Shown here: piece after piece, positions 16,559-24,947 of the stretch
Numbering within the stretch: position 1 is the first letter of the stretch
Layout of the letters: each line of letters opens with the position of its first letter
Assembly: GCA_964448985.1 (NCBI GenBank)
Contig: CAYVBI010000002.1
Location: 1-43,223 of the forward strand
Source: an uncultured Dehalococcoidales bacterium
Lineage (GTDB): Bacteria > Chloroflexota > Dehalococcoidia > GIF9 > UBA5629
Reading direction: 5' to 3'
Length of the DNA: 43,223 bases
Position numbers and translations under genes: made by a program
The notes under the pieces: generated by a model
Databases searched by the model: none
Told to the model about the DNA's origin: nothing
What the model saw: only the letters and a program-made list of their open reading frames with translations

Positions 16559-18729
16559 TCCTTATCACGGTTTACGCGTGTTTTTGCTACATAGGATTAA
16601 GCCAAAATCACATTGGTGATCTAGGGGGAATAATCGCACAGTCTGAGATAGATCCGAAGTGTTCCGGCCATAGAGTAAACCTGAAAATAAAGAGGAAGAG
16701 AGGCAGAGTCATGGTATCCAGCACATACGGCTTGATTTGCGACATGAAAAAGTCGCCGATTACCGAAATTATTGTCAGGGATTTCCAGCATTATATCGCT
16801 GGTATGACCGGACACAGGTTACATTCAATAAAAAACATAAACAGTATAGGTGCAGATGTCGATCTTACGTTCGTATTTACAACAGTGGGTTCGCCTGTCG
16901 GCAGCCAAGTGCTTCCTGAGAGTAAAAGAAAAACTCTCAATGGTCTGAAGGAAGAGAGCTTTCTTATAAAAAGTCTGGAATACCGGCAACACAGAGTGAT
17001 CTTATTCCTGGGGGTTGATGATCGCGGGACAATGCATGCGATGTATTATTTTCTTGAAAAATATTGCGGAATAGGATTTTTCCCCGATGGGGATAAAATT
17101 CCTACTCTCAAGAAATCATTATGGCGTGATATAGATATTGTTCAAGAGCCGGTATTTAAATATCGAGGTTTTTTCACCCATCCGTATTGGTCGGCGCCCT
17201 ATTCTCACTGTTCGAGGCTGTGGACGTTTCAAGATTGGAAAAAAGAGATAGATTACATACGCAAGAAGAGATTCAATATATTTAATCCGGTACATGATGA
17301 AGGGACTTTCCTCTGGGGTGACGTTGTTTTCAAAGCGTTCCCGGAGCTGAACAAATTAAAAAACGAAGAAAAGTTTACCATGGGACTTGCCGATAGAACG
17401 AAATTGATGAAGAAAGTAATCAATTATGCGCGAAACAGCGGGATTTACGTTTCGTACAATGTTTTCTACTCCCAGGTTCCCTATTTTTTTAAAGATGCTT
17501 ATCCCGAATTGAAATACCACCCTCTGCACATGGATAGCCTGGGAATTTGTGCATCGCAGCCTGAGTGCAAGACTATTATGCATAAGTTATGGTCAGGGAT
17601 ATTGAAAACATTCGGCCTGGATGAAAGCCATATCTACTTTCTATGCCCGTATCAACATGAGGAGCCGCTTTGCCAGAGTTTTGAGACCAGGGCTGAAGTA
17701 TCGGTGCAGGCATGTCAATTATTGAAGGAGTTGGACCCGCAGGCTGAGATCTATGTTGAAACCTGGGATTTTCACTGGGATCAACAGGAGCAGAAAGAAT
17801 GGGCGGCTTTTCTTGATATAGTGCCTGAAGATATTAAGGTAGTTGATTGGGATTCAAACCTGGGGGAGAGGCTCAACTGGTTCAAACCAAGAACTTTCAT
17901 GCGGCTTTTCCACCCCTCGATGGAATCCACATATCCTCCTGATTTTATCTGCAGATTGCCCCAGGATGTTTCACAGTTAATTAAAGATAACGCGGCAAAC
18001 GGTGCGATAGGATATCTTTGTTTCAATATAATCGCAAACTCCAATGAATACCTCTGCGACTTGAGTGCTGAACTCTGCTGGGACCAGAATCTGAATGAAA
18101 TGCAATTTCGTGAAGACTTCTGCAAGAGAAGATTCAGCCAGGATTCCGCAAGGAACTTGATGGAGAGCCTGAACCATTATATTGAGTCAATTCACGTTGC
18201 CACAGTGTTGAATACGGCATACGCCGCACTTGTTGGAGAACACGAGATAGTAAATAGATCACAATTGCCGGACTTCAAAGAATGGGCAAATCAAAGAATT
18301 GAACAATATAAAGCAAAATCCAAACAGATCAGTAAGGCATTGGAATTCGCCGACCTGGAAAAAACGAAACTGGAAAAGGACGCCTTTTACCAGAAGTACT
18401 ATGGCGTCCTGGAATTTGTTAAATATCGTTGGGACGGAATAATCAACTTCTTGAACCTTTATCTCGATCCGAATCATAGAGATGAGTACATCCGGCACAT
18501 ACTTGGGGCATTCCAAAACATCGTGGACTTATACAGGGACAAGGATGAATTTTCTATGGAATCAGTAACGAAGTTCAATCCAGGGCTGCGCAAAGAGTTC
18601 GTAGAAGATTGGAGAAACCAAAAAAGCGGGCATTGGAATGAAGTCTTGCCACACGTATCGATTATCTGGGAAGATTTTCCACTATATGAAAAAGCATTAA
18701 AAAAATTAATCGAAGCAGCCCGTAATTAG
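16549..18729 (+). CDS. Divergent GH89-like (alpha-N-acetylglucosaminidase/NAGLU-like) protein
   Basis: Several segments are collinear by eye with my memory of human NAGLU. Examples are GTMHAMYYFLEKYCG.GFF, WTFQDWKKEIDYIRKKRFNIF...EGTFLW, SHIYFLCPYQHEEP and SAELCWDQ...FREDFCKRRF. The start is either ATG 16549 (overlapping the cupin stop, hydrophobic N-terminus) or ATG 16711. Confidence 0.45.
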   Translation: MAVILITVYACFCYIGLSQNHIGDLGGIIAQSEIDPKCSGHRVNLKIKRKRGRVMVSSTYGLICDMKKSPITEIIVRDFQHYIAGMTGHRLHSIKNINSIGADVDLTFVFTTVGSPVGSQVLPESKRKTLNGLKEESFLIKSLEYRQHRVILFLGVDDRGTMHAMYYFLEKYCGIGFFPDGDKIPTLKKSLWRDIDIVQEPVFKYRGFFTHPYWSAPYSHCSRLWTFQDWKKEIDYIRKKRFNIFNPVHDEGTFLWGDVVFKAFPELNKLKNEEKFTMGLADRTKLMKKVINYARNSGIYVSYNVFYSQVPYFFKDAYPELKYHPLHMDSLGICASQPECKTIMHKLWSGILKTFGLDESHIYFLCPYQHEEPLCQSFETRAEVSVQACQLLKELDPQAEIYVETWDFHWDQQEQKEWAAFLDIVPEDIKVVDWDSNLGERLNWFKPRTFMRLFHPSMESTYPPDFICRLPQDVSQLIKDNAANGAIGYLCFNIIANSNEYLCDLSAELCWDQNLNEMQFREDFCKRRFSQDSARNLMESLNHYIESIHVATVLNTAYAALVGEHEIVNRSQLPDFKEWANQRIEQYKAKSKQISKALEFADLEKTKLEKDAFYQKYYGVLEFVKYRWDGIINFLNLYLDPNHRDEYIRHILGAFQNIVDLYRDKDEFSMESVTKFNPGLRKEFVEDWRNQKSGHWNEVLPHVSIIWEDFPLYEKALKKLIEAARN

Positions 18730-18748
18730 GTATTAAAAGGGGGATATA

Positions 18749-20104
18749 ATGGAAATTAGGCCTGCCTTTGGGAAAAAGGAACTGTACGCCGTGGTGCTCC
18801 TCGCATTGATCAGCTTTTTCCTTTTCTCCGATCAGAACCTCATGGCGCCGAACCTCACCCAGATCGCCAACGATTTCGGCTTCGGTCCCATTGAAAGGGA
18901 CGTTTTACTCGGAGGCAATATATCGTTTATGTTCTGGCTTTTCGGTGGCCTGGTCACACTTCTCATCGGATATCTCACGGATCGCATATCACGTAAGACC
19001 CTGTTCATCATAACTATAATATTGGGCGAGATCCCATGCTTACTTACCGGGTTTGCACAGACCTACACGCAGCTCTTCTGGCTGCGGGCGTTGACGGGAA
19101 TTGCTATCGGAGGTGCACTTCCTCTCACCTATTCCCTGATAGGCGATTATTTCTCGCATCGCCATAGGGCGACCGCGGCAGCATGGATAACCCTCGCCCA
19201 GGCGCTGGGTATTGCCGCAGGTCAATTTCTTGCCGGATTTATCGGACCGGATTATGGCTGGCGTCTGCCATTTATTATCGTCGCTCTACCGAACTTCCTG
19301 TTCATACTGCTCTTCCTGTTCACTGTGAAGGAACCTGCACGTGGCGGGAGCGAAGATAATCTTCGGGACCTCATCGAAAAAGGAAAGGTATATACGGCGA
19401 AAATCAACTGGTCACAATATAAAAGCATTTTTAAGATTAAATCGAACATTATACTTTTTCTTCAGGGTATCCCGGGCTGCGTGCCGTGGGGTGTATTTCT
19501 TATTTACCTGAACGATTTCTACGCGCAGGATAAGGGCTTCACGGTACAAGTTGCTACGCTCATTATCATGGCGACGGGTGCGGGAATTCTCGTCGGCGGC
19601 CTTGTTGGTGGCTTGATCGGCGACAAAATCTATAACGTAAATCCGAAATTTCAACCCCTGCTATGCGGTGCTACCACGCTACTGGGTATTATTCCTATGG
19701 CTTTCCTCTTGAATTATCCCTCCCAGATAGGGGTACATAATCCGGATTCTATCATACCCCTCGTCGTGGGATTTATCACAGGCATTTTCATCAGAATAGC
19801 CACCCCGAATACCTATGCAATGCTCCTGAATGTTAACGCCCCGGAAACACGTGGATCCGTCATGGCGCTCTTCAATCTGACCAATGATCTTGGCCTGGGT
19901 ATCGGACCTGTCGTCATCAGCCTGCTAATTATGGCATTCGGTCGGCTATTGGCGTTCAATATCGCAAACTTGTTCTGGATCATATGTGGAATTATGTACC
20001 TAAGTATGATCTGGACTTATACTCGGGACCAAGCCAAGCTGGGCAACCAGCTGCTGGAAAAGGCCAGGACAATGAAAACTGATCGAGCCATCAATAATCG
20101 TTGA
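18749..20104 (+). CDS. MFS transporter
   Basis: 451 aa with about 12 hydrophobic segments. MFS motif A, GYLTDRISRKTLF, lies between TM2 and TM3. GGGGGA SD upstream. Confidence 0.85.
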   Translation: MEIRPAFGKKELYAVVLLALISFFLFSDQNLMAPNLTQIANDFGFGPIERDVLLGGNISFMFWLFGGLVTLLIGYLTDRISRKTLFIITIILGEIPCLLTGFAQTYTQLFWLRALTGIAIGGALPLTYSLIGDYFSHRHRATAAAWITLAQALGIAAGQFLAGFIGPDYGWRLPFIIVALPNFLFILLFLFTVKEPARGGSEDNLRDLIEKGKVYTAKINWSQYKSIFKIKSNIILFLQGIPGCVPWGVFLIYLNDFYAQDKGFTVQVATLIIMATGAGILVGGLVGGLIGDKIYNVNPKFQPLLCGATTLLGIIPMAFLLNYPSQIGVHNPDSIIPLVVGFITGIFIRIATPNTYAMLLNVNAPETRGSVMALFNLTNDLGLGIGPVVISLLIMAFGRLLAFNIANLFWIICGIMYLSMIWTYTRDQAKLGNQLLEKARTMKTDRAINNR

Positions 20105-20214
20105 TTGATTTGATATGTAATATACCGAACCTGTATGGCTATAATCTGGAAAAGGGCGATACCAGCAGCGGAAATAATGATTAGGGAAGTGTGGTACCCA
20201 GATGTATTCACAAA

Positions 20215-20787
20215 TTATGATTTGATCAGGGCGTGCTCCAGCATTTGAATTGCCGTTTCTTCAAGGCGGGATGTATCGTCTTTCGCCCACATGAAATAAA
20301 TCCGTGTTGCCCACTCAACCAATCCGCTGGTGAGCTCTGCAGCCGCTAAAGGATCATATTCCCTGATTCTCCCTCTTCTGATGCCTTCTGCAATAGCGGC
20401 ACGTAAAATTTCCTGCATCTTCTTATCGCCATCCGGCCTTTCGCCTCCCGTACCCAGGTTGGCGCGAATGTCCAGTAAACGCACAACATCTGAGTTCTTT
20501 GAAGAATACAAGAGTGCGCTATGCACGCATGTTCTGATCTGTGTAGGCCCTAGAGAACCTGACAGCGATTCCACCAAAATCTTGGATAGATCGTTTGTGT
20601 AGCGTTCAATAAGAGCGTCGGCTATATCTGTCTTGGAATCGAAATAAAGATAAACCGTTCCGTGTGCAACACCTGCATGTGCTGCTATCTGTGCCATACT
20701 CGTACGAGCGTAGCCCTGCCGTCTGAAAAGATCACGCGCGGCGGCAAGTATTTCACTGCGTCTACCTGGTACCGCTCTTCTTGCCAT
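20215..20787 (-). CDS. TetR/AcrR-family transcriptional regulator (copy 2)
   Basis: About 77 % identical to copy 1 over 190 ungapped residues starting at MARRAVPGR (the ORF is open to 20817). It is divergent from the GH31 gene. Confidence 0.85.
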   Translation of the reverse strand: MARRAVPGRRSEILAAARDLFRRQGYARTSMAQIAAHAGVAHGTVYLYFDSKTDIADALIERYTNDLSKILVESLSGSLGPTQIRTCVHSALLYSSKNSDVVRLLDIRANLGTGGERPDGDKKMQEILRAAIAEGIRRGRIREYDPLAAAELTSGLVEWATRIYFMWAKDDTSRLEETAIQMLEHALIKS

Positions 20788-21061
20788 CGTATTAAAGACT
20801 GGTCGATAGTGAACCATATTAGCAACATCCTAACGCTCTGTCAATCTCGTAAATACTCGTGTTTTAAAAGAAAATATTCTATTAAGTGCTTTTCGAATAA
20901 ATAATCTTTCTTAATAACATTTGTTGTACTCATCATCATTAATTTAAGAGTTTAAGAAATGGTCATCAAGCGTAGCAAGAGCTTAGCTTTGACATCCTGC
21001 GCCATAGTAACGTAATTTAAAATGAAACTGTGTCGATGAGGTATGAGATTAAAGAGGAGAC

Positions 21062-23389
21062 ATGACGAATAAATTAAAAGCAACATTGCAGGGTATCCGT
21101 TTGGCCGGGATTTCAAATAGTCTCAAGGCAGTCAGGTATACACATTATCGGGATAAGCTTGATGTTAGATTTCAACAGCCCAAAGTTGTTTCAAAGCCGC
21201 AATCCATTGGTAAATTGGTAAATGCTATTGCCGTCCCCGGCGGAGCAGAGTTTGAGTTCGAATCCCGCACACTGACCGCCCACTTTTTAACGCCGGAATT
21301 CATTTTCATGTCCTGGGAGAAAGCGGAGATGGCTCAGTCCTATGCAGTTATTAAGACGGATTGGCCCCCTCTGAAGACGGTGCTGAGTAGAACTACAGAC
21401 GGATGGGAGTTGAAGAGCAGCGTGCTTAAGCTTGCGGTATCGGAAAACGGCTTGGTGAAGTTCTACGATTCATCGAATAATCTTCTGCGCAGTGAGGAGC
21501 CGCCCCAGAAATATGGTGACACCTGGGAGCATAAGGTTCCCTTACCGCCCGAAGCCTGCGTCTACGGCCTGGGCGAGCGCTCCGCCGGATTTAACCTGCG
21601 GCCTGGGGAATATCGCTGCTGGAATCAAGACGCAGGCAGCTATGGTCCAGGTACCGATCCGATGTATATTCCTATGCCTGTTTACTACTGTTTACAGGAT
21701 ACTGTGGGATACCTGGTTTTCTATGATAATACTTACGAAGCATGGTTCGTACTGGATGATTACGTAACAGCCCGATTCGAGGGTGGTCCCCTGCGCTATT
21801 ATCTGGCTTTCGGCCCCCCTCCATTTGCTATTCAGCGTTTTACCGAGCTGACAGGCACGGCACCGCTGCCGCCACGCTGGTCGCTGGGCTATCAGCAGTC
21901 ACGTTGGGGCTATAATACCGAAGCTGAGATGCGACGCGTGGTCAATGGTTATAAAGAGCACGGGTTACCGCTGAGCGTGCTATACCTGGACATCGATTAT
22001 CTGGTTGGCTGTCGTGTTTTCACATCTGATAAGAAACGTTATCCAACGCTGGCCGATTTTGCAGCCGAACTGGAGAAGTCAGACTGCCACCTGGTGTGTA
22101 TATCTGATGCTGGCATTAGGCTTGATCCTGAATGGGACATCTACAAGGACGGTCTGGAGAAAGATGTTTACTGCAAGGACCCGGACGGCAAAGTATTGGT
22201 CGGCGTGGTCTGGCCAGGTTGGACAGTCTTTCCGGATTTCACTGATCCTCGTGTGCGCGAATGGTGGGGTAGTCTGCACCCCCGGCTCTTTGAGAATGGT
22301 ATCTCAGGGATGTGGCACGATATGAACGAACCCACGCTATTTACGGCGTCAGGTGATATGACGATGCCACTCTGCACTCGGCACAACCTGGATGATGCAG
22401 GAGGAGACCATCGCCAAGCACACAACATATTCGGCCTGTTAATGAACCGTGCCGGATATGAAGGGTATCGCAAATATTGTCCCGATTGGCGGCCATCCAT
22501 CCTGGCACGTTGCGGTTGGGTGGGAATGCAGCGCTACTGCTGGACCTGGACGGGCGACATTGAAACGTCCTGGGCTGCACTGCGTATGTCGATCGGCCAG
22601 ATTCTGGGTATGACACTCTGCGGGATGCCGTACGGGGGATCGGACACCGGCGGCTTCAGTGGTCACCCTTCCATTGAGCTTTACGTGCGCTGGTTCCAGC
22701 TTGATTCGTTTATGCCCGTTTTCCGTACACACTGCGCCTTCTACCTTCCTAAACGCGATCCCTGGGAATTCGGTACGGAAGCTCTAAATATTATGCGGGC
22801 ACAATTGGAACTGCGCTATAAGCTGATGCCATATTGGTATACGCTGGCATGGGAGGCGAGCAGGACGGGTGCGCCGCTGGTCAGGCCGGTCTTCTGGGAG
22901 GATACACAGAATAAAGCCTTGTGGAATGTATATGACGAGTTTCTGGCCGGCGACGCCTTCCTGGTTGCGCCCATCGTTGAGAAAGGCGTATATAAGCGAA
23001 AGGTGGTGTTGCCGAATGGTAGCTGGTATGACTTCTGGAGCGACAAACTGATGGCGGGAGGGTCAGCTGATATTGAACTCGAAGCCCCACTGGATAGGCT
23101 GCCGCTGCTTGTGCGGGCTGGGAGCGTTATTCCCATGACGGAGGATAACATATTGACCTTGCATGTCTATAATCCGGGAAAAGGTAACAAGTGTAGCGGT
23201 ATCATATATTCTGATGTGGGAGATGGATATGGGGCCTATCGGGTAGATACTTTCAGACTGAAGGAGGCCGATAAGGAAGGATACGATCTTATATGGGAAT
23301 CCGAAGGCGACTTCGCTTGGCCATATAAGAAGATAAAGGTTGAGACGCACGGATTCGGAGTAACCAGTGTAAGGCTTAAGAAGGTGTAA
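21062..23389 (+). CDS. GH31 alpha-glucosidase-type glycoside hydrolase
   Basis: 775 aa with LDIDY, VVWPGWTVFPDFTDP, the nucleophile motif GMWHDMNEP and the acid/base region GGSDTGGF. GAGGAG SD upstream and no signal peptide. Confidence 0.88.
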   Translation: MTNKLKATLQGIRLAGISNSLKAVRYTHYRDKLDVRFQQPKVVSKPQSIGKLVNAIAVPGGAEFEFESRTLTAHFLTPEFIFMSWEKAEMAQSYAVIKTDWPPLKTVLSRTTDGWELKSSVLKLAVSENGLVKFYDSSNNLLRSEEPPQKYGDTWEHKVPLPPEACVYGLGERSAGFNLRPGEYRCWNQDAGSYGPGTDPMYIPMPVYYCLQDTVGYLVFYDNTYEAWFVLDDYVTARFEGGPLRYYLAFGPPPFAIQRFTELTGTAPLPPRWSLGYQQSRWGYNTEAEMRRVVNGYKEHGLPLSVLYLDIDYLVGCRVFTSDKKRYPTLADFAAELEKSDCHLVCISDAGIRLDPEWDIYKDGLEKDVYCKDPDGKVLVGVVWPGWTVFPDFTDPRVREWWGSLHPRLFENGISGMWHDMNEPTLFTASGDMTMPLCTRHNLDDAGGDHRQAHNIFGLLMNRAGYEGYRKYCPDWRPSILARCGWVGMQRYCWTWTGDIETSWAALRMSIGQILGMTLCGMPYGGSDTGGFSGHPSIELYVRWFQLDSFMPVFRTHCAFYLPKRDPWEFGTEALNIMRAQLELRYKLMPYWYTLAWEASRTGAPLVRPVFWEDTQNKALWNVYDEFLAGDAFLVAPIVEKGVYKRKVVLPNGSWYDFWSDKLMAGGSADIELEAPLDRLPLLVRAGSVIPMTEDNILTLHVYNPGKGNKCSGIIYSDVGDGYGAYRVDTFRLKEADKEGYDLIWESEGDFAWPYKKIKVETHGFGVTSVRLKKV

Positions 23390-23430
23390 CTCCATTCACT
23401 CTTGCGAATCGGTAAAGCTTTAATAATTGG

Positions 23431-24087
23431 TTATAACTCCAATATCCTTTTTACCTCGCGGACTCCACTCTCCGGGCTACTGAGCACTCGGAGAGATAGG
23501 TTTTTATCTAGTTTGGGCACAAGCCGTGCCATTGAAGCTTGTGCAAATACAATAATGTCTGAGTCAGCTGCGATATTTATAGTACTAGCCAATACGATCT
23601 CATCGTGTTTGGCTGGATTTCCGCCGACTAACTGCTCAAAGGCACCGGGGCAGAGAGCTTTTATTACTCGTACCTCCTTTCCCGTATTCTGTGCTTTCTT
23701 CTGAATCATTCTTATAGTTGGATACAAGGTCGTTCTCAAGGTAGCCACGACACCGATTGTGGCGGCTTTTGCTACAGCCTCTTCAACCATTTTCTCATCA
23801 ATCTTAACAATGGGTTTGGAGATTATTACTCTGGCAAAATCAGCAACCTCACCAACTGATGAACAGACATTAAAAATGCAGTCCGCCTTATAGTATTCTG
23901 CAGCTCTGAAATAATTTAGCATCCTATTTATAACCGGCTTTGTAACTTTACCTTTAGCCATTACTTCACGGAGCAGGCTATCATCCACAATATGCATTAA
24001 CTCTGTTTCAGGTATTATCTGTTTGAACAGTTGTGTTAATACGTCCACCATTACAAACCCGGTATGTATAAGAGCAACCCTTTTCAT
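23431..24087 (-). CDS. Asp/Glu/hydantoin-racemase-family protein (unknown substrate)
   Basis: 218 aa. The pattern VALIHTG...IVDDSLL...CIFNVCSSVG...IVKIDEKM...IGVVATLRTTL.PT...VFAQASMA matches that family as I remember it. Confidence 0.5.
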   Translation of the reverse strand: MKRVALIHTGFVMVDVLTQLFKQIIPETELMHIVDDSLLREVMAKGKVTKPVINRMLNYFRAAEYYKADCIFNVCSSVGEVADFARVIISKPIVKIDEKMVEEAVAKAATIGVVATLRTTLYPTIRMIQKKAQNTGKEVRVIKALCPGAFEQLVGGNPAKHDEIVLASTINIAADSDIIVFAQASMARLVPKLDKNLSLRVLSSPESGVREVKRILEL

Positions 24088-24108
24088 TGTAAATTCTCTT
24101 TATTGCAA

Positions 24109-24936
24109 TTATGCCGCAAGTTCTTTTATTGCCAGATCACATTCCTGTTTAGTGGGTGCTCTCCCGTGCCAGTTATACTTATTTTCCATGAAGGAAACGC
24201 CTTTTCCCTTAATAGTGTCGGCTATTATTACAGAGGGGAGTCCCTTTTTAGCTTTCGCAGCGTCGATAGCTTCGATGATCTGCAGTATGTCATGCCCGTT
24301 AATTCGCTGAACATGCCAGCCAAATGACGTCCATTTATCCATAATGGGTTCGATGGGCATAACCTGAGAGTTGAACCCATCGATCTGAAGCTTGTTATAG
24401 TCGATTATACCAATCAGATTATCTGACTGAAATTTTACTGCACTCATAGCGGATTCCCACAGCACACCCTCGTCATGTTCCGAACAGCCTATCAGGACAT
24501 ACGTTATGTATTTTTTCTTTCTGAGCTTTCCCGATAAAGCCATACCGACTCCGGCGCCAAGTCCGTTGCCTAGTGATCCCGTTGTCATATCCACTCCCGG
24601 AGTTTTCAACATGTCCGGATGGCCTTGGAGGATGCTGTTAATTTTGCGCAAAGTGTCAAGACGATTTCTATCGAAGTACCCCTTTTTTGCCAGAGCTGCA
24701 TACCATACGGGACACGCATGACCTTTGGACATGATAAATCTATCCCTGTCCGGCCAGTTCGGATTTGCCGGGTCCACGTTCATGCAATGAAAATACAGTG
24801 TAGCCACTATATCTGCAGCAGACAGCGAACCACCGGGATGGCCAGATCCTGCCAGGGTTATCATTTTGATCACATCGATCCTAAGATCATTAGCGATCTT
24901 TTCCAAATTTGTTACATTATTTATATCAGTTTTCAT
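24109..24936 (-). CDS. Transketolase-like protein, N-terminal (PP-domain) subunit with an atypical ThDP motif
   Basis: Motifs GSGHPGGSLS, RDRFIMSKGHA, TGSLGNGLG and IDYNKLQIDG. The canonical GDG is GCS (codons at 24481-24489). Confidence 0.85.
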   Translation of the reverse strand: MKTDINNVTNLEKIANDLRIDVIKMITLAGSGHPGGSLSAADIVATLYFHCMNVDPANPNWPDRDRFIMSKGHACPVWYAALAKKGYFDRNRLDTLRKINSILQGHPDMLKTPGVDMTTGSLGNGLGAGVGMALSGKLRKKKYITYVLIGCSEHDEGVLWESAMSAVKFQSDNLIGIIDYNKLQIDGFNSQVMPIEPIMDKWTSFGWHVQRINGHDILQIIEAIDAAKAKKGLPSVIIADTIKGKGVSFMENKYNWHGRAPTKQECDLAIKELAA

Positions 24937-24947
24937 AATATTGATTC

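Noticed and set aside
20101-20111. The 11-mer TTGATTGATTT, shared between the end of the MFS gene (20101-20111) and the right edge of the block (30015-30025).
   Set aside because: It is a low-complexity (TTGA)n-like sequence. It was found by an untargeted comparison of all intergenic DNA, where about one chance 11-mer match is expected. It is therefore weaker evidence than the targeted boundary repeat.
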